DNA of 29,804 nucleotides, taken from IMG/VR virus record IMGVR_UViG_2639762982_000016, positions 1 to 29,804 of that record; one strand, given 5' to 3'. The stretch is from a virus. Lineage: Duplodnaviria > Heunggongvirae > Uroviricota > Caudoviricetes. The notes beneath the pieces were generated by a model that saw only the letters and a list, made by a program, of their open reading frames with translations, did not search any database and was not told where the DNA came from. Positions 18,650-26,131 of the stretch are shown piece after piece; position 1 is the stretch's first letter; the number at the start of each line of letters is the position of its first letter. The position numbers and the translations under genes are program-made.

Positions 18650-18663
18650 CGTGACATGTCACA
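18650..18663. repeat. 14-bp palindrome CGTGACATGTCACA, copy 2 (upstream of the terminase small gene, at the 3' end of the 115-aa ORF)
   Basis: Identical to the 14-mer at 16385-16398. Confidence 0.6.
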
Positions 18664-19006
18664 CTATTAATTTCGTTTCATGCCAGCCTTTAGTCACCCA
18701 GCATTGCGAGTCACCATTACACGGGCATGAATTAACTGGAACTCTCTCGCCGCACTTACCGCAACGTTTTCTGCTGATCGATTTTATACGCCCGCGCACA
18801 CGTGCATCATCCTGGCGGATCAGCAGCGCGATGTACTCGGCCATTTCATAGGGATCGCGACCAGGGCGCCGGGCGGCGCAGTTCCGCGCCAGCATTTCCT
18901 GCTCCTGCTTATCCAGCACCAGTTCAATTTTGCGCTCACCGGCGGCGGACTGCCGAGCGCGCTGCGCGGCTTTGCGTTCTGCGGGGGATTTAGCCACGAA
19001 TCGCAC
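18659..19006 (-). CDS. Hypothetical basic, Cys-rich protein (115 aa)
   Basis: ORF track; C-terminal RKRCGKCGERVPVNSCPCNGDSQC could be a zinc-binding cluster; function unknown. Confidence 0.45.
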   Translation of the reverse strand: MRFVAKSPAERKAAQRARQSAAGERKIELVLDKQEQEMLARNCAARRPGRDPYEMAEYIALLIRQDDARVRGRIKSISRKRCGKCGERVPVNSCPCNGDSQCWVTKGWHETKLIV

Positions 19007-19112
19007 TCCACGCCAGATTGATTAATGACTCCCAGGTAATATAAACCCGGATACCAGCAGCCAGGCCGAAACCAATCACCATGGCATAAAGCAGAGCGTT
19101 GCACTTGTTCAT
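18990..19112 (-). CDS. Putative 40-aa single-pass membrane peptide
   Basis: Internal ATG 19112-19110 preceded by AGGAGGT and overlapping the upstream stop (TGATG); hydrophobic core LLYAMVIGFGLAAGI. The longer 65-aa reading in the ORF track is probably an artefact. Confidence 0.35.
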   Translation of the reverse strand: MNKCNALLYAMVIGFGLAAGIRVYITWESLINLAWSAIRG

Positions 19113-19741
19113 CACTTCACCTCCTGCGGCGGTTCTGGTAGCGGCATCCAGTGTGATGGTATCCACGACGCACCAGGTACTACCCACCCATCATTAGCGT
19201 CAGGATGCCCCGGGATGTAAGTCGCCCATTTCATTCGCCAGTCACCTTTCCTGTCAAACTCCCTGGCAACAAGAACGGCTGTTTTGGTATCCGGCATTCG
19301 CTCACTACAGCTTATCCAACCATCCGTAGTTACCGGAGAGTTGCCCGATATCTGGTTCAACTTGTAAGTTTGGCTTACAGGTTCGGCTTTCAGTTCTGCA
19401 ATGCGCTGTTTTGCGGCATCCAGTTCAATCGACAATTTTTCCAACTGCTCTTGATGCTTCTTGTATTCCTGATATGCGTGCCAAGACTGACCTTTGCGCA
19501 CACTATCAGTGATATCAGTAATCTGTTCTGGTGTTAGCGTGGTCAGTGGCTGTGATGGGAAAATAAGCACTTTCCCGGAATCCCAATCAAAACCAGCGTG
19601 AATTGACTGAACCTCAACTGAAGGTGTTGAACCAATGCTGCCAGGCGAATGAACAACGATTGTTACATCCATATCGCGACGATGGCTGTGGTTGTTGGAC
19701 AAAATACGATTCACCAACTCAGAAAATTTGGAAAATTTCAT
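19112..19741 (-). CDS. DUF551-domain phage protein (209 aa)
   Basis: C-terminal WISCSERMPD...VLV...GWVVPG...SHWMPLPEPP pattern matches the DUF551 family as I recall it. Confidence 0.6.
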   Translation of the reverse strand: MKFSKFSELVNRILSNNHSHRRDMDVTIVVHSPGSIGSTPSVEVQSIHAGFDWDSGKVLIFPSQPLTTLTPEQITDITDSVRKGQSWHAYQEYKKHQEQLEKLSIELDAAKQRIAELKAEPVSQTYKLNQISGNSPVTTDGWISCSERMPDTKTAVLVAREFDRKGDWRMKWATYIPGHPDANDGWVVPGASWIPSHWMPLPEPPQEVK

Positions 19742-20061
19742 GCTGATTCCCCTTTCTCTGCTCTCTCCTGTCGGAACATCACTATCATCAGGTCGCCTTT
19801 TGTCGCTATCCTGGCTGTTGTACCTGGTTCAATGCGGCTAAGCTCAAATGCGTCATAGAACGCTTCTAATGCCTTCTGGCGTAGTTCCTGTTTGCGCCGT
19901 TTTTTCCACTGTTTTAGGAAAATGGAACCCAGCCATCGCCATGTGCGGGACATGATGTAAAGCCAACCGAGAAGTGCCAGACCGGTATTTAGGAGCGTAT
20001 CGATCGTTATTGTCGTGTCGATATTCACTGGCTGCTTCCTTTGCGAATCTGTTCCGCCCAT
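19738..20061 (-). CDS. Hypothetical membrane protein (107 aa, one predicted transmembrane helix)
   Basis: ORF track; hydrophobic stretch LLNTGLALLGWLYIMS followed by a basic patch; the start is uncertain because it overlaps the upstream gene by 37 nt. Confidence 0.4.
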   Translation of the reverse strand: MGGTDSQRKQPVNIDTTITIDTLLNTGLALLGWLYIMSRTWRWLGSIFLKQWKKRRKQELRQKALEAFYDAFELSRIEPGTTARIATKGDLMIVMFRQERAEKGESA

Positions 20062-20678
20062 TCTTCAAGGGATTTCTCCGCATATTCACCAGACAGGCCA
20101 TCAATCGGATGCGCTTCATTAGCCAACTCTTCTTTCGCTGACAAAATCATGCGTGTAACGTCGAAAACTTCACGCAAAGACTTATTGATAAATCCGTGAT
20201 TGAACGCAGCAGCAAGACGGCTGGCGGTATAGTTAATCCCCTCGTTGCGTGCTTCCGCACGAATTTCAGCCAGGAAAGCATCAGTGGTTGGCGTTTCAGG
20301 TATCTGTCTCCTCATCCGTTCTATTGCATGATTGAACCCGAAGTCTTCCGCGAGAGATACGTCATCCATATTGTCATTGTCATCTTCAATATCCCGTGAT
20401 TCTGGAATTGCAGACTTTATTCCCGCATTCTCCGCCGCCAGCGCCGAAAACTTCTCGTGTGCCAACTTAACAGCCGAATCAGCCTGCTTAATTGACTCAA
20501 TCGCTCTCTGGTGGTCTTCGGCCATCGCATTAGCACGCACCAGTTGCACTTCCAGTTGCGTTGCCAAATCGCTGATCAGCTTTGCCACGCTGCGCATATC
20601 AACGGCACCACATTCAGCTTTCAGTTCCGAAGCCATCTCATGCCCGGCGGAAACTAACCCTTTGATATTACCGTCCAT
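20025..20678 (-). CDS. Hypothetical acidic protein (217 aa)
   Basis: ORF track; no recognisable motifs. Confidence 0.5.
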   Translation of the reverse strand: MDGNIKGLVSAGHEMASELKAECGAVDMRSVAKLISDLATQLEVQLVRANAMAEDHQRAIESIKQADSAVKLAHEKFSALAAENAGIKSAIPESRDIEDDNDNMDDVSLAEDFGFNHAIERMRRQIPETPTTDAFLAEIRAEARNEGINYTASRLAAAFNHGFINKSLREVFDVTRMILSAKEELANEAHPIDGLSGEYAEKSLEEWAEQIRKGSSQ

Positions 20679-20739
20679 CTTTACCCTCGCTTATCCACAT
20701 AACTTATTGATTACATTGATAACTAAAAAGATCGTCGAT

Positions 20740-21348
20740 TCATGCCGATCTATTTTTCATCAGTGATTCATAAAACTTTTGCCACTTATGCCGACCGAAA
20801 TTAGCCTTCGAGTTACAGCTCGAACAAAGACAAATAAGGTTCTCCTGACGACAGTCTTGTTTGTCGTAATTGATATGATGAGTTGTTAGCCTTTTGTCTG
20901 TTCCATCACAACCTGGGTTCTGACAAGTAAAACCATCTCGCTCAATAACCCTCTTGCTCGTTTCTCGGAAATCCCACGGATACGGCAATCTCGATAATCC
21001 ACCAGACCAGTTTGGATTTCCTTCCCCCTTCATCAGAGAAGAACGCATTATGTTGGAACACTGTTTCGAGCAGCATTTATGACGCTTCTCATGACTCAAG
21101 AAAACGGAGAACGAAGATCCGCATACGCAGCATATTTTTAATACTCGCTTTAGTTCCCGATTTACCGTCTTGCCTCGCTGTGAAATTCCTACACACTGAA
21201 GTGAGCAGAACCTTGAAGAGGAGTTGGCTCGCTTAACCTGATATTGCCTGCCACATACGGAGCAAACCTTTTCGATTTTCCCACCCTTCCAATTCGGGTT
21301 TTTATCACCGGATACAATCAATCCCGCAGCATTGGGCTTCTCGCTCAT
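20740..21348 (-). CDS. HNH endonuclease (202 aa)
   Basis: Multiple Cys pairs and the motif HHINYDKQDCRQENLICLCSSCNSKAN typical of HNH nucleases; start overlaps the upstream gene stop (ATGA). Confidence 0.75.
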   Translation of the reverse strand: MSEKPNAAGLIVSGDKNPNWKGGKIEKVCSVCGRQYQVKRANSSSRFCSLQCVGISQRGKTVNRELKRVLKICCVCGSSFSVFLSHEKRHKCCSKQCSNIMRSSLMKGEGNPNWSGGLSRLPYPWDFRETSKRVIERDGFTCQNPGCDGTDKRLTTHHINYDKQDCRQENLICLCSSCNSKANFGRHKWQKFYESLMKNRSA

Positions 21349-21698
21349 AGTTCCTCAACCTCCCATCCACCACCGAGCTTTTTAGGTTTTGGATAAGCAA
21401 CCTGAAAGACAAACGGATAGCTGTCTGCCGCAACCTTCATCTTGACTCTCGCATCGTCAGTAAAGACTGACTTACTTCCCTTAACGTCCACCATCACCAA
21501 CTGCCCGTCAGCCAACATCACGGCAAAATCTACAGTCAGGAAGCAGTTGTCAGCCAGCCGCAGCTTGATACCCTCGAACCGATACCAGGCGACTTCCCCT
21601 GCACGTTTACGCTGCTCAAGGTGCTGGCAATACGCAGATTATGTTTTGTTCATCTGGCCTGTTTTGAGTCGACCAAGAGCCTGTATCTGTTTTCTCAT
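21345..21698 (-). pseudogene. Small conserved phage gene interrupted by an in-frame TAA at codon 20
   Basis: ATG at 21698 with RBS AGAGGT; translation MRKQIQALGRLKTGQMNKT, then a stop at 21641-21639, then the same frame continues SAYCQHLEQRKRAGEVAWYRFEGIKLRLADNCF... to a stop overlapping the HNH start. Confidence 0.55.
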
Positions 21699-21701
21699 GA
21701 T

Positions 21702-21778
21702 TTACCTCTGAGGTAATTAAAAACCACATAAGACACGAAATCAATAGATCTAAGAATATTTTGTTACCTATTAGGTAA
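21702..21778. promoter_or_regulatory. Two perfect operator-like palindromes TTACC-N5-GGTAA (21702-21716 and 21764-21778) between the P-like gene and the downstream genes
   Basis: TTACCtctgaGGTAA and TTACCtattaGGTAA; the first overlaps the RBS of the interrupted gene; a candidate TTGATT/TTTAAT promoter lies between them on the minus strand. Confidence 0.45.
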
Positions 21779-21790
21779 CTATTAAGGCGT

Positions 21791-21814
21791 AAAAAAATGC
21801 GCTATCGCGCTGGT
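21791..21814 (-). terminator. Weak terminator-like hairpin (GCGC-GATA-GCGC plus T7) after the P-like gene
   Basis: Short 4-bp stem but a strong U-tract on the minus strand. Confidence 0.3.
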
Positions 21815-21815
21815 A

Positions 21816-22592
21816 TTACTTGATAAATCCTGCTGCCTTTCCTCGCCTGTATTCCTCCATCAGCCACTGCGCCGGTGTTATTCCCCCCAGGGTGGCGGCG
21901 TTAGGCATACACCCGAAACTTCGCCCTGGTGGATGGTAAACGTCTCTCCCTGTGTCCGGAGGCGTACTCATGGGTTCTGGCTTTGCCTGTATGCTGATCA
22001 CCGGATCGGGTATCTGCTGTCCGGAAGCCACCTTTTTCGCCAAATCATCGAGCAGCCTGCGCGCGTGTTTCTCAACCTCAATCTCGCTAAGCTGGCGCTG
22101 ATACATTGCACGGCGGGTATCACATACGACCCAGTACATAACCGGATGCCGCCACGGGAATCTTTCGGGACCACCAGGATATAAACTTTTTTCCTTGCTG
22201 TACCGGTGAAACTCCGTCATCACATCGTCAATGGTGACGCCAAGAACCATCTTGCTGTCTTTACACCACTTGATAAATTGCCCTGGCGACGGCCAGAACG
22301 GAGATTCACTGGCGCGGGCGTGGCGCATACCAGCGTTAACCTGTTCCATTGTTGTGATCCCATTCTCAAGAAACGCAAGCATCCATTGCTTACGGAATTC
22401 ATTAAGTTTGTTCTGCTCCCTTATGGTCGAAACGCTTGCAGGAAATGCAGCCTGTAACTGGACAAATAGTTCATTGAAAATTCTAGCAACCTGCTCCTTT
22501 TTGCCATTGCTGTCACGCCGCTCTTCATGCACAGCAACACCATGCTCACGTAAGCGATCGTACTCATTGAGAAGTTCTGGAGTTGATTTCAT
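21816..22592 (-). CDS. Replication protein P-like (helicase loader), 258 aa
   Basis: Shares the lambda P block FPAS...QN..NE.R.QW.LAF.ENGITTMEQVNAGMR.AR....PF.PSPGQF..WC, by alignment from memory. Confidence 0.8.
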   Translation of the reverse strand: MKSTPELLNEYDRLREHGVAVHEERRDSNGKKEQVARIFNELFVQLQAAFPASVSTIREQNKLNEFRKQWMLAFLENGITTMEQVNAGMRHARASESPFWPSPGQFIKWCKDSKMVLGVTIDDVMTEFHRYSKEKSLYPGGPERFPWRHPVMYWVVCDTRRAMYQRQLSEIEVEKHARRLLDDLAKKVASGQQIPDPVISIQAKPEPMSTPPDTGRDVYHPPGRSFGCMPNAATLGGITPAQWLMEEYRRGKAAGFIK

Positions 22593-23394
22593 CCCACACC
22601 CCTTCTATCCAGTCAGTGTTATTCCAGTCAAGCTCATCGCTTTTCCCGGCGTTTTTTGATTTTCCCCTGATATGATTTACGTGCCTGGCGAATTTTTGTT
22701 CCCACTGAACCTGCGTGAACACTTTGCCCTCAGCCATCCAGTAATCCCGGAATGCAGCAAGTTCAGCAGGTGTAAATTCAGGTTCCGGCAGGGCCGTTCC
22801 CCACAGCGCAGCACGCCGTCGAAAATCCGGCGACGGATGCCAGCCATCGGTCATCGGAAATTTCCCGATGGGTTCACTCAGGCCATCCAGAAATTCAGGT
22901 TCAGCCACCTGCAACGGCATACCGTTCGCTTCACTGGTCGGAGCACCCTCGCGCACGTGCGCTATGTGTGGGGTTTTATATATATCTTCCTCTTCCTCTT
23001 CCTCTGGTAACTCCTTTTGTAACGCTGTTGGCATTACTTTTTGCGTTACTCGTTTTCGATGCTCTGCCACTCTTCTATTCGTAAGTGCACGTTTTTTCGA
23101 TGATTCTCCATTGTGTCGCTCAAAGTTTGGAAGAATTAGTTTGCCGTCATGATAAGCAAGCCATCCGACACTAATGAGGGCGTCAGCAAATCCTGTAATA
23201 AAAGCAAGTCTATCAAGTACTCCTTTTGTAACGCTGCCAGCGTTACCGTCTATTGTTTGCTGGTCAGCCCATGCCCATATACGAACCAGCTTTCCAAGAA
23301 CAGCATCTGGATCAATACCCAGAATTTCTGCTATCTGAAAAATTTCAGGTTTATCAGGAGTGATAACTTCAACCTTAATCCAGCTGCTTGCCAT
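22564..23394 (-). CDS. Replication initiator / replisome organiser (O-like), about 276 aa
   Basis: Sits directly upstream of the P-like gene; contains an EEEEEE linker and DNA-level repeats. The ORF track start at 23412 is a GTG; I prefer ATG at 23394, preceded by GAGGGG. Confidence 0.5.
   Translation of the reverse strand: MASSWIKVEVITPDKPEIFQIAEILGIDPDAVLGKLVRIWAWADQQTIDGNAGSVTKGVLDRLAFITGFADALISVGWLAYHDGKLILPNFERHNGESSKKRALTNRRVAEHRKRVTQKVMPTALQKELPEEEEEEDIYKTPHIAHVREGAPTSEANGMPLQVAEPEFLDGLSEPIGKFPMTDGWHPSPDFRRRAALWGTALPEPEFTPAELAAFRDYWMAEGKVFTQVQWEQKFARHVNHIRGKSKNAGKSDELDWNNTDWIEGVWDEINSRTSQ
23011..23236. repeat. Iteron-like 17-bp direct repeat CTCCTTTTGTAACGCTG (23011-23027 and 23220-23236) flanking an AT-rich, GAA-repeat segment inside the O-like gene; candidate origin
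   Basis: Two identical 17-mers that are read in different frames of the protein, so the repeat is a DNA-level signal. Confidence 0.35.
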
Positions 23395-23569
23395 AGGTTT
23401 CCCCTCTTGCACTCTTTAGTGCACAAGCAAATTCATTACGATGGCGGTTGGCGCTATTCATTGCACATTCAACACATGTTCCGTTCAGAACATACCTTTC
23501 AGAGAGATGGCCGTGACGGCACCGCTTTCCTGTGAAATAGCGATTTAACCCGGCTTTTGCGGCCTCCAT
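23375..23569 (-). CDS. Small Cys/His-containing protein in the cII position (about 64 aa)
   Basis: Position between the terminator and the O-like gene. The start is uncertain: the ORF track uses a TTG at 23587 and the internal ATG has a weak RBS. Motif CRHGH...CVEC. Confidence 0.3.
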   Translation of the reverse strand: MEAAKAGLNRYFTGKRCRHGHLSERYVLNGTCVECAMNSANRHRNEFACALKSARGETYGKQLD

Positions 23570-23687
23570 TCTGGTTACTATCTTCAATTTTTCCGCCCCT
23601 TTTTGTTATTGATATTGGCTATTTTGCACAATTGGAAAATTTGATCAACCGGATTTGGTTTTTTATTACCTTTGAGGTACGAATAGA

Positions 23688-23713
23688 TATGAAAAGACCG
23701 CCGGGTGGCGGTC
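23688..23713 (-). terminator. Terminator between the Cro-like gene and the early-right genes (tR1-like position)
   Basis: Minus strand reads GACCGCC-ACCC-GGCGGTC followed by TTTTCATA. Confidence 0.5.
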
Positions 23714-23735
23714 TACAGAGGGTTGTAGCTGGATA

Positions 23736-23966
23736 TCATGAGTAGAAGAAGTATGCCAGTTCTGCTTTTGAGCGCAGCCATTGTCTTGTTTTACAGGCTT
23801 TAAAAAGCCCATTCATCAATACCTTACCTGGCATTTTGCGCTTACCTGTTAAGTGAGTCTGGATATAGTGACTCGTCGTTCCGGCTTCCTGTGCGAAGGC
23901 TTCACGCTCATCCGGAGTAAGTGCAAGCCAGTGCTTTTTGAAATCGAAATGTCCGTTATCGCTCAT
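23736..23966 (-). CDS. Cro-like transcriptional regulator (76 aa)
   Basis: Small gene divergent from the repressor across an operator cluster, followed by a terminator; likely HTH near ALTPDEREAFAQEAGTTSHYIQ. Confidence 0.5.
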   Translation of the reverse strand: MSDNGHFDFKKHWLALTPDEREAFAQEAGTTSHYIQTHLTGKRKMPGKVLMNGLFKACKTRQWLRSKAELAYFFYS

Positions 23967-24002
23967 AGCTATTGCCTGATATTTATTTCAGATAATAAAT
24001 AT

Positions 24003-24065
24003 TCACCCATAAGGTAACAAAAATCAAGGATAGTTACCTATGGGGTGCATTTACCTGTTGGGTAA
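24003..24065. promoter_or_regulatory. OR-like operator cluster with three TTACC-N5-GGTAA-type sites (24003-24017 imperfect, 24034-24048 imperfect, 24051-24065 perfect) between the Cro-like and repressor genes
   Basis: TCACCcataaGGTAA, TTACCtatggGGTGC, TTACCtgttgGGTAA; a candidate minus-strand promoter overlaps them. Confidence 0.55.
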
Positions 24066-24120
24066 TATTGCTTTAAATTGAATCATCTACTGATTCATAT
24101 ATGAGGCGATTTTCCAGAAA

Positions 24121-24705
24121 ATGAAAAGTATCCAGGACGTCCGCAGGCAAAATCTCAACGACTTGATCGACCGTGAATTCAATGGTGTTCAGACGCGGAT
24201 GGCAGAAAAACTTGGAACTCAGGCAAATCTGGTAAACCGCTGGGCTCTTGGCAAGAAGGTTATCGGCGACCAGGTTGCGCGAAAAATTGAAGCTGCCGCC
24301 AATAAACCCCGTAACTGGCTTGATATCGATCGCTCGCTTTCTCAGGAAGGTTTTCAGCCTGTCGGCCCAAGCGACATTGGTCAGCTGGCGGCTCACAACC
24401 TGGAACGCTGGATGAGCGAAAGCCGCGACCTTTCAACACAGGGAAAACTTCACCGCGCATCCGGCGTCGCCCAGGTGACAATCAGCCGCCTGTTAAACAA
24501 TGAGGTCAGCGTTTCCATTTCCACCCTGGAGAATGTTGCATCCGCATTCGGGCGTCACGGCTATGAATTACTGATTCACCCGCACGACCCTGCGACCATC
24601 AACTATGACCGCTCGCGCTACGCATTGTTACCCGAAACCGAGAAAGCAAAGATCGAAAGTTACATTGAATTTGTCATCAACCAGAACGAAAAAAACAAAC
24701 AATAA
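24121..24705 (+). CDS. Immunity repressor candidate with two HTH domains and no recognisable S24 peptidase domain (194 aa)
   Basis: Divergent from the Cro-like gene; HTH-like segments at about residues 25-45 and 110-135; no Ser/Lys autocleavage motifs seen; followed by a terminator. Confidence 0.6.
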   Translation: MKSIQDVRRQNLNDLIDREFNGVQTRMAEKLGTQANLVNRWALGKKVIGDQVARKIEAAANKPRNWLDIDRSLSQEGFQPVGPSDIGQLAAHNLERWMSESRDLSTQGKLHRASGVAQVTISRLLNNEVSVSISTLENVASAFGRHGYELLIHPHDPATINYDRSRYALLPETEKAKIESYIEFVINQNEKNKQ

Positions 24706-24726
24706 AATCATATTTTTCAGTAAGTA

Positions 24727-24750
24727 AGCCGCCTTCTGGCGGCTTTTTTA
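24727..24750 (+). terminator. Intrinsic terminator after the repressor gene (AGCCGCC-TTCT-GGCGGCT plus T6)
   Basis: Perfect 7-bp stem and a T-tract. Confidence 0.65.
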
Positions 24751-24762
24751 TTGCCTGCACAA

Positions 24763-24839
24763 TTACCTTAAGGGTAATTTTTTTAACTCATATCTATTGA
24801 CACCAAACCAAATACGCATAATCATTACCTCAACGGTAA
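24763..24839 (+). promoter_or_regulatory. OL/PL-like region: two perfect TTACC-N5-GGTAA sites (24763-24777, 24825-24839) flanking a TTGACA -35 hexamer (24797-24802)
   Basis: TTACCttaagGGTAA and TTACCtcaacGGTAA; the -10 candidate AATCAT at 17-nt spacing abuts the second site. Confidence 0.5.
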
Positions 24840-24858
24840 CAGACCGAGGTAACAAGTT

Positions 24859-25011
24859 ATGCAGTGGAAAATCATCAACGGTTGGTACTGCGTTACTGCA
24901 TGCGGATTCATGAGCTGGAAGTTCCGCACCTTACAGGAAGGCATTAAGTGGGCTTTCGTCAGCAAAGAAGCTCGCGATGTGGCCAACGATAACGAGATAT
25001 GGGAGGGCTGA
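24859..25011 (+). CDS. Small Trp-rich protein (50 aa), first gene of the early-left operon
   Basis: RBS GAGGT 7 nt upstream; below the 60-aa ORF-track cutoff; found by manual translation (MQWKIINGWYCVTACGFMSWKF...). Confidence 0.4.
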   Translation: MQWKIINGWYCVTACGFMSWKFRTLQEGIKWAFVSKEARDVANDNEIWEG

Positions 25012-25013
25012 TA

Positions 25014-25313
25014 ATGAACGTTAATCAGCAGAAAAATCTTCAAAAAATCATGCTGGCATTCGACAAGGACTACCGCCTGTCAGAACAGTTATATGACCGA
25101 CAAGTTGAACTGATCGAGAGCATCCGGCTTCATCAACTGGCCTCAACTTTTGACGCTGTAACAGGCAAAGGGGTTCGCCAGGAAGTGCTGGAGGCAGCTA
25201 AAGACAGCCCTGAGTTCGAAGAACTTATGGATGCCTACCGGCGCGAGGCAATGGCAATTATCGCCCGCTGGGATCTGGCGGATCGGATTGATGGGCAGAG
25301 GGAAGCGGCATGA
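25014..25313 (+). CDS. Hypothetical early protein (99 aa)
   Basis: ATG at 25014 preceded by GGGAGGG; the ORF track's alternative start at 24999 lacks an RBS. Confidence 0.5.
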   Translation: MNVNQQKNLQKIMLAFDKDYRLSEQLYDRQVELIESIRLHQLASTFDAVTGKGVRQEVLEAAKDSPEFEELMDAYRREAMAIIARWDLADRIDGQREAA

Positions 25314-26131
25314 AACCGGGAATTTATTTCGACATCAGCAACGAAGACTACCACGCCGGTGACGGCGTGAGTAAGTCGCAACTGGACATGGTTGCCAAGA
25401 ATCCGGCGCTTCTTAAATGGGTTCAGGCAGCACCAGAAGACGAAGAGAAAAAGTCTGCACTGGATATGGGAACCGCATTGCACTGTCTGCTTCTGGAGCC
25501 TGGAGAGTTCGACAAACGCTTCATTGTTTCACCGAAATTCGATCGTCGGACGAAACAAGGTAAAGCTGACGAAGAGGAATTTCTTCGTGATGTGGCGGAT
25601 ATGGGGATTACGGTACTTGATGCCGAGCAGTGGCGGAAACTGGAGCTGATGCGTGATAGCGCAATGGCTCACCCGGCGGCACGCTGGATGTTGGAAGCAC
25701 CTGGTTACTGCGAAGCATCAATGTACTGGAACGATGAAGAGACGGGTGAGTTGTGCCGAATTCGTCCAGACAAATGGCTGAACGAGCACAACGTGATCGT
25801 CGACGTGAAAAAGGTTGCAGATATGGACCGTTTTGCACGCCACATCGAGGAGTTCCGCTACCACGTGCAGGACGCAATGTACCGCGAAGGCGCAATGAGG
25901 GTTACTGGTCAGCCACATGGTTTTTTCTTTCTTGCCGTGAGCGAAAGCATTGATTGTGGTCGGTATCCGGTACGCGTGTTCGAGCTGGATGCGCCGGATG
26001 TCGATGCCGGGCACGCTCTGTTCCGCCGGGATCTGAATACCTATCACGAATGCCGCATCAACGATGAATGGGGCGGAGTGGAAATTATTAAACGCCCTGA
26101 CTGGGCACGTAAACAGGATATGTATGTATGA
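25310..26131 (+). CDS. RecE-like 5'-3' exonuclease (exonuclease VIII nuclease-domain family), 273 aa
   Basis: N-terminal GIYFDISNEDYHAGDGVSKSQLD block resembles the RecE C-terminal nuclease domain as I recall it; D/E/K residues consistent with a PD-(D/E)XK fold. Confidence 0.55.
   Translation: MKPGIYFDISNEDYHAGDGVSKSQLDMVAKNPALLKWVQAAPEDEEKKSALDMGTALHCLLLEPGEFDKRFIVSPKFDRRTKQGKADEEEFLRDVADMGITVLDAEQWRKLELMRDSAMAHPAARWMLEAPGYCEASMYWNDEETGELCRIRPDKWLNEHNVIVDVKKVADMDRFARHIEEFRYHVQDAMYREGAMRVTGQPHGFFFLAVSESIDCGRYPVRVFELDAPDVDAGHALFRRDLNTYHECRINDEWGGVEIIKRPDWARKQDMYV

Noticed and set aside
21442-21711. 89-aa plus-strand ORF
   Set aside because: Antisense shadow of the minus-strand gene with the in-frame stop.
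24073-24396. 107-aa minus-strand ORF
   Set aside because: Antisense to the repressor gene and overlaps the operator region.
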